Shown: piece after piece, positions 59,583 to 64,000 of the stretch
How positions within the stretch are numbered: the stretch's first letter is position 1
Layout of the letters: each line of letters opens with the position of its first letter
Origin: Clostridia bacterium
GTDB taxonomy: Bacteria > Bacillota > Clostridia > Christensenellales > Aristaeellaceae
NCBI GenBank assembly: GCA_036825095.1
Contig: DAISYX010000001.1
Span: forward strand, 582 to 64,581
DNA: 64,000 nucleotides
Direction of reading: 5' to 3'
Made by a program: the position numbers and the translations under genes
Notes under the pieces: generated by a model
The model's input: only the letters and a program-made list of their open reading frames with translations
Databases searched by the model: none
Told to the model about the DNA's origin: nothing

Positions 59583-61085
59583 TTGAGCCAGCAAAACGAA
59601 GTCCTCGTCACCATGACAGGCATCCAGAAATATTTCCCCGGGGTTCACGCGCTAAACGACGTGCGCTTTGACCTGCACGCCGGAGAGGTGCATGCTCTGG
59701 TGGGGGAGAACGGCGCGGGCAAGTCCACACTAATGAAGGTGCTGACCGGCATTTACCAAAAGGACGGCGGCAACATCGAAATCGCGGGCAAGCCCGTGGA
59801 GATCCGCAACGCCAAGGACGCCCAGGACCTGGGCATCTCCATTGTGCATCAGGAGCTTAACCTGCTTAAGGACCTGACGGTGGCGGAGAACATCTACATC
59901 GGCCGGGAGAACATGAACGGCATTCTGCTTGACAAAAAGGCCCAGAACAAGCGGGCCCAGGATTTTCTTGATCAGTTGAATCTGAACATCAAGGCCACCC
60001 AGAACGTGGGGAAATTAACGGTGGCTAAGCAGCAGATGGTGGAAATCGCAAAGGCCCTCTCCCATGAAAATACCCGCATCCTCATTCTTGACGAGCCCAC
60101 GGCGCCCCTTTCGGATGTGGAAATTGAGGAGCTCTTCCGCTTTATCCGGGATATGCGCTCCCGGGGGGTGGGCATCATCTATATCTCTCACCGCATGGGA
60201 GAGCTTAAGCAGATTTCCGACCGCATCACCGTGATGCGGGACGGTCAGTATGTGGATACCGTGGACACGGCCGCCACCCCCATTGGGGAGATCATCCGCA
60301 TGATGGTGGGCCGGGTGATTTATGAGGACCCCAAGACCGAAAGCCAGGTGGCCCCGGAGGCCCCGGTGGTGCTGGAGGGGAAAAACCTGCGCTCCCGGGA
60401 TGTGAAGGACGTGTCCTTTCAATTAAGAAAGGGCGAGATCCTGGGCCTGGCGGGCCTGGTGGGAGCCGGGCGCACAGAACTGAGCCGGCTGGTCAGCGGC
60501 GCTGATAAAAGGGAGGGCGGCGAGATTTACATCAACGGCCAGCTGGCCGACATCCAAACCCCCTATGACGCGGTGGAGCTGGGCATTGGCTACCTTTCTG
60601 AGGACCGCAGGCGCTATGGCCTGTGTCTGGGGCTTTCCGTGGCCAACAACATCGCCCTGACCAAACTGGACAGCTTTATTCAGGGCATGGCGGTCAACGA
60701 CCGGAAGATCAAGTCTACCGCCCGGGAATACAAGGAAAAAGTGGACATCAGAACCCCCAGCGTGGACACCTTGGTGCGCTCTCTCTCCGGGGGCAATCAG
60801 CAAAAGGTGGTTATCAGCAAGTGGCTGGTGCGCAACTGCGATGTGCTGATCTTTGACGAGCCCACCCGGGGGATTGACGTGGGGGCCAAGAACGAGATTT
60901 ATAAGCTCATGCACGCCCTGGTTGATGAGGGCAAGTCCATCATCATGATCTCTTCGGAAATGCCGGAGCTGCTGCGCATGGCGGACCGCATCCTGGTGAT
61001 GTGTGAGGGGGAGAAGACCGGGGAGCTTGGCATCGAGGAAGCAACCCAGGAGAAAATCATGGCGCTGGCCGCGCCCCAAGTATAG
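59583..61085 (+). CDS. Sugar ABC transporter ATP-binding protein, tandem NBD (RbsA/MglA type)
   Basis: Two ABC cassettes (GENGAGKST; LSGGNQQK). TTG start follows AAGGAG. Confidence 0.9.
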   Translation: MSQQNEVLVTMTGIQKYFPGVHALNDVRFDLHAGEVHALVGENGAGKSTLMKVLTGIYQKDGGNIEIAGKPVEIRNAKDAQDLGISIVHQELNLLKDLTVAENIYIGRENMNGILLDKKAQNKRAQDFLDQLNLNIKATQNVGKLTVAKQQMVEIAKALSHENTRILILDEPTAPLSDVEIEELFRFIRDMRSRGVGIIYISHRMGELKQISDRITVMRDGQYVDTVDTAATPIGEIIRMMVGRVIYEDPKTESQVAPEAPVVLEGKNLRSRDVKDVSFQLRKGEILGLAGLVGAGRTELSRLVSGADKREGGEIYINGQLADIQTPYDAVELGIGYLSEDRRRYGLCLGLSVANNIALTKLDSFIQGMAVNDRKIKSTAREYKEKVDIRTPSVDTLVRSLSGGNQQKVVISKWLVRNCDVLIFDEPTRGIDVGAKNEIYKLMHALVDEGKSIIMISSEMPELLRMADRILVMCEGEKTGELGIEEATQEKIMALAAPQV

Positions 61086-61098
61086 GAGGAAAGAGAAT

Positions 61099-62097
61099 AT
61101 GTCTGTACAGGGCGTTGCCCCGGCGCAAGGTACCAAAAAATTGGATCTGCAAAAATTGCTGGCTCCGGCGGTGCTGGTGGGACTGTATGCTTTCTTCGCC
61201 ATCTTCGGAAACAACTTTTTCTCCAGCTACACCCTTAAAACCATCCTGGAATCCGCTTACTATACGGGGCTGATGAGCTTTGGCATCACCTTTGTCATCA
61301 TCACCGGGGGGATTGACCTTTCCATCGGCACCAACATGATGTGCTCCGCTATCATCGGCGGCGTGGCTTTTTCCATGTGGGGCTGGCCTTTGTGGCTGGC
61401 GCTGTGCCTGGTGCCGCTGGTAGGTCTGGCATTTGGCTTCATCAACGGCATACTGGTGGCCAAGGCAAAACTGCCGCCCTTTATCGCCACCCTTGGCATG
61501 ATGCTGGTGACCCAGGGCTTTGGCTCCATCGTCTCCCGGGTGCAGACCCAACGCTATCCCACCATCGGCACTGCCAAAGAATGGTTCAAGACGGTGTTTT
61601 ACCGCACTGGCAACTTTCCCACCGGCGCCCTCTACCTGCTGGCCGCGTTTATCATCGCCGCCTTTGTGCTGAACAAAACCCGCTTTGGCCGCTATGTCTA
61701 CGCCATCGGCTCAAACGAAGAGGCCACCCGGCTTTCCGGCGTGAGGGTGGACAAATACAAGACGCTGGCCTATATGGTCTGCGGTCTGTTTGCGGGCATC
61801 GGCGGCATCCTCTATGCCGCCACCTACACCACCGCCATCCCGGGGACGGGCAATGGTCTTGAAACTTACGCCATCGCCGCTGTCATCATCGGCGGTACTT
61901 CGATGGCGGGGGGCTCCGGCACCATGGTGGGTACCCTTATCGGCATCTTCATCATGGCGGTACTCAAGTCGGGGCTTGCTTCCCTGGGCCTTCAGGCTCA
62001 TTGGCAGACCTTCTTCACGGGCGTGGTGGTTATCGGCGCTGTCCTCATGGACAATATGCGCGTCCGCGCCGCCCAGAAGGTGAAGGTGGAAAGCTGA
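61099..62097 (+). CDS. Sugar ABC transporter permease (RbsC type)
   Basis: Polytopic protein with the ITGGIDLSIG motif. ATG 61099 follows AGGAGGAA. Confidence 0.85.
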   Translation: MSVQGVAPAQGTKKLDLQKLLAPAVLVGLYAFFAIFGNNFFSSYTLKTILESAYYTGLMSFGITFVIITGGIDLSIGTNMMCSAIIGGVAFSMWGWPLWLALCLVPLVGLAFGFINGILVAKAKLPPFIATLGMMLVTQGFGSIVSRVQTQRYPTIGTAKEWFKTVFYRTGNFPTGALYLLAAFIIAAFVLNKTRFGRYVYAIGSNEEATRLSGVRVDKYKTLAYMVCGLFAGIGGILYAATYTTAIPGTGNGLETYAIAAVIIGGTSMAGGSGTMVGTLIGIFIMAVLKSGLASLGLQAHWQTFFTGVVVIGAVLMDNMRVRAAQKVKVES

Positions 62098-62149
62098 TTC
62101 ATTCTGATTATTCGGCGCTTTTGTGCTGAAAATATAAGGAGGTTCATTC

Positions 62150-63205
62150 ATGAAAAGACTACTGGCACTTGTTTTGGTTCTCACCCTGGCACTGGGCGTC
62201 ACCGCGGCGCTGGCGCAGGAGAAGATGTACATCTCCGTAATCTCCAAGGGCGAGCAGCATGCCTTCTGGCAGGCTGTGCGCCAGGGCTGCGAAGATGCTG
62301 CGGCTGAGTATGATGTGAACATGTTCTACTACGGACCCCCCTCTGAGGCGGACATTGTGCTTCAGGTGGAAGCCCTGAAGGCCGAAATGGCCAAGAACCC
62401 CAAGGCGCTGGCGCTGGCCGCTCTGTCCACGGACGCCGTGATGACCGAGCTACAGGAGTGCATCGACAAGGGCATCCCGGTCATCGGCTTTGACTCCGGC
62501 GTGCCTAACGCTCCGGAAGGCTCCATCTACGCCACCGCCTCCACCAACAACCAGAACGCCGCCGCCCTGGCCGCTGATAAGCTGTTGGAAGACGAAGGCC
62601 TGGCAGCCAAGCTGGCCGCAGCCACCGCTGAGGCGCCCGTGGTGGTGGCCGTGCTTTCCCAGGATGCCACCTCTGAATCAGTCACTGGCCGCACCACCGG
62701 CTTTGTCAACAGGTTTGTTGAGCTGGCCGGTGCCTACGGCGTGGTGGAAGTTCAGGGCCACACCAACTGGGCCGTGGCCGCTGAGAACCCTGCCATCATC
62801 CTGCATGTGGAGATTGGCGCTTCCCCCCGTATTGACGACATGACCAACGCTGCCAACGCGGTTCTTAACAAGAACAACCTGGCGGCCCTCTTCATCTCCA
62901 ACGAAGGCGCGGTTGCCGGCGTGCTGGCTGCCACCGCTGACGGCTCTGAGTTCGGCGAGGGCGGCCGCTTCAACGGCATCCTGGTGGGCGGATTTGACGC
63001 TGGTGTCAATCAGAAGAACGCCGTTCGCAATGGCTGGTTTGCCGGCTCCGTGACCCAGGACCCCTACCGCATCGGCTATCTGGCGGTTGAACTGGCCGTG
63101 AAGGCCGCCAACGGCGAAGCCGTTGAGGACGTTGACACCGGCGCCCAGTGGTATACCAAGGACAACATCGACGAACCGAATATCGCCCTTCTGGTGTATG
63201 ATTGA
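62150..63205 (+). CDS. Sugar ABC transporter substrate-binding protein (periplasmic-binding-protein type I, RbsB-like)
   Basis: Signal peptide MKRLLALVLVLTLALGVTAALA. ISVISKGEQHAFWQAV motif. Confidence 0.8.
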   Translation: MKRLLALVLVLTLALGVTAALAQEKMYISVISKGEQHAFWQAVRQGCEDAAAEYDVNMFYYGPPSEADIVLQVEALKAEMAKNPKALALAALSTDAVMTELQECIDKGIPVIGFDSGVPNAPEGSIYATASTNNQNAAALAADKLLEDEGLAAKLAAATAEAPVVVAVLSQDATSESVTGRTTGFVNRFVELAGAYGVVEVQGHTNWAVAAENPAIILHVEIGASPRIDDMTNAANAVLNKNNLAALFISNEGAVAGVLAATADGSEFGEGGRFNGILVGGFDAGVNQKNAVRNGWFAGSVTQDPYRIGYLAVELAVKAANGEAVEDVDTGAQWYTKDNIDEPNIALLVYD

Positions 63206-63233
63206 TTCCCAAGCATAAAACGCTGACCAACTC

Positions 63234-63255
63234 GGGCCGGGCATACGCCCGGCCC
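63234..63255 (+). terminator. GC-rich hairpin after the binding-protein gene (attenuating or stabilising; no clear T-tract)
   Basis: GGGCCGGGC / GCCCGGCCC stem with a 4-nt loop. Confidence 0.35.
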
Positions 63256-63374
63256 CTTCCGGTTGAAAGCAGCACGGGCCCGGATTAATCTTGCCCCCAT
63301 AGCGGGTCTGTGATAGCATAGATACATCAATATATCGCGTTTTGCCGTCTCCCGGCGGCGTAAAGGAGGAAAGC

Positions 63375-64000
63375 ATGGATTATCCCAAAATCGGCATCCG
63401 TCCCGTTATTGACGGCCGTTGGGGCGGTGTGCGGGAAAGCCTGGAGAAGACCACCATGGACATGGCCAAATCAGCCGCCAAGCTGATCTCAACCCTCAGG
63501 TATCCGGACGGCACCCCAGTGCAGTGCGTCATTGCCGATACCACCATTGGCGGCGGCGCTGAGGCCGGCAAGTGCGAGCGTAAGTTCTCCAAGGAGAACG
63601 TGGTCGCCACCCTGTCTGTCACCCGCAGCTGGTGCTATGGCATGGAAACCATGGACACCAACCCCAACACCATCAAGGCAGTCTGGGGCTTTAACGGCAC
63701 TGAGCGCCCGGGGGCGGTCTATCTGGCGGCGGTGCTGGCCGCCTATGCTCAGAAAGGGCTGCCCGCCTTTGCCATCTATGGCCGGGACGTGCAGGACCTG
63801 GAGGATACCTCCATCCCCAATGACGTGGAGGAAAAGCTGTTCCGCTTTGCCCGGGGCGCTGTGGCCGTGGGCTGGATGAAGGAAAAATCCTACGTTAACT
63901 TTGGCGGCGTGTCCATGGGCATCGCTGGCTCCTACTGCGACATGAACATGATGCAGCAGTACTTCGGCCTGCGGGCTGAATGGATGGACATGGCGGACGT
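63375..64000 (+). CDS. fucI: L-fucose isomerase, N-terminal part (runs off the window; absent from the ORF track because it has no stop)
   Basis: ATG 63375 follows AAGGAGGAA. The translation [24 protein letters not shown]...[38 protein letters not shown]...[10 protein letters not shown] closely parallels E. coli FucI as I remember it. Confidence 0.9.
   Translation, partial: MDYPKIGIRPVIDGRWGGVRESLEKTTMDMAKSAAKLISTLRYPDGTPVQCVIADTTIGGGAEAGKCERKFSKENVVATLSVTRSWCYGMETMDTNPNTIKAVWGFNGTERPGAVYLAAVLAAYAQKGLPAFAIYGRDVQDLEDTSIPNDVEEKLFRFARGAVAVGWMKEKSYVNFGGVSMGIAGSYCDMNMMQQYFGLRAEWMDMAD

Overview
High-GC (roughly 60%) Firmicutes/Clostridia-type chromosomal segment. Supporting signs are AGGAGG ribosome-binding sites, RNase Y, a T-box leader and yabM-yabN-hup-yabO synteny. 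The window is densely coding, with about 55 genes and only short intergenic gaps.

Contents:
- Housekeeping genes: rny, gyrB-gyrA, hup, a class A PBP, mazG/yabN.
- A complete seven-gene Pho unit, pstS-pstC-pstA-pstB-phoU-phoP-phoR, preceded by four Pho-box repeats.
- Three carbohydrate ABC uptake loci: one with a GH29 alpha-L-fucosidase, one with a GH3 hydrolase, and one with FucU and FucI.
- A T-box-controlled ABC importer.
- An FAD/NAD redox cluster ending in a CoA-disulfide-reductase/rhodanese fusion.
- A MarR-controlled ABC exporter pair, a MATE pump and assorted enzymes.

I recognised no tRNA or rRNA genes, CRISPR arrays, transposases, integrases, phage genes or defence genes. I do not see a convincing novel multi-gene system, so this reads as ordinary core plus carbohydrate-uptake chromosome.

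Observations most worth a second look:
1. A single in-frame TAG splits an otherwise intact pstC.
2. A roughly 190-nt promoter-to-terminator structured RNA of unassigned class lies just upstream of rny.
3. A T-box with a UGG specifier fronts an uncharacterised-type ABC importer.
4. The PBP1A gene has an ideal Shine-Dalgarno sequence that is followed only by a non-canonical ATC codon.
5. Three exported proteins are unusual: a multi-repeat surface protein, a signal-peptide MsrB, and a small protein with an Ada-like Cys motif.

All functional calls come from reading the translations and motifs by eye. No database search was run.
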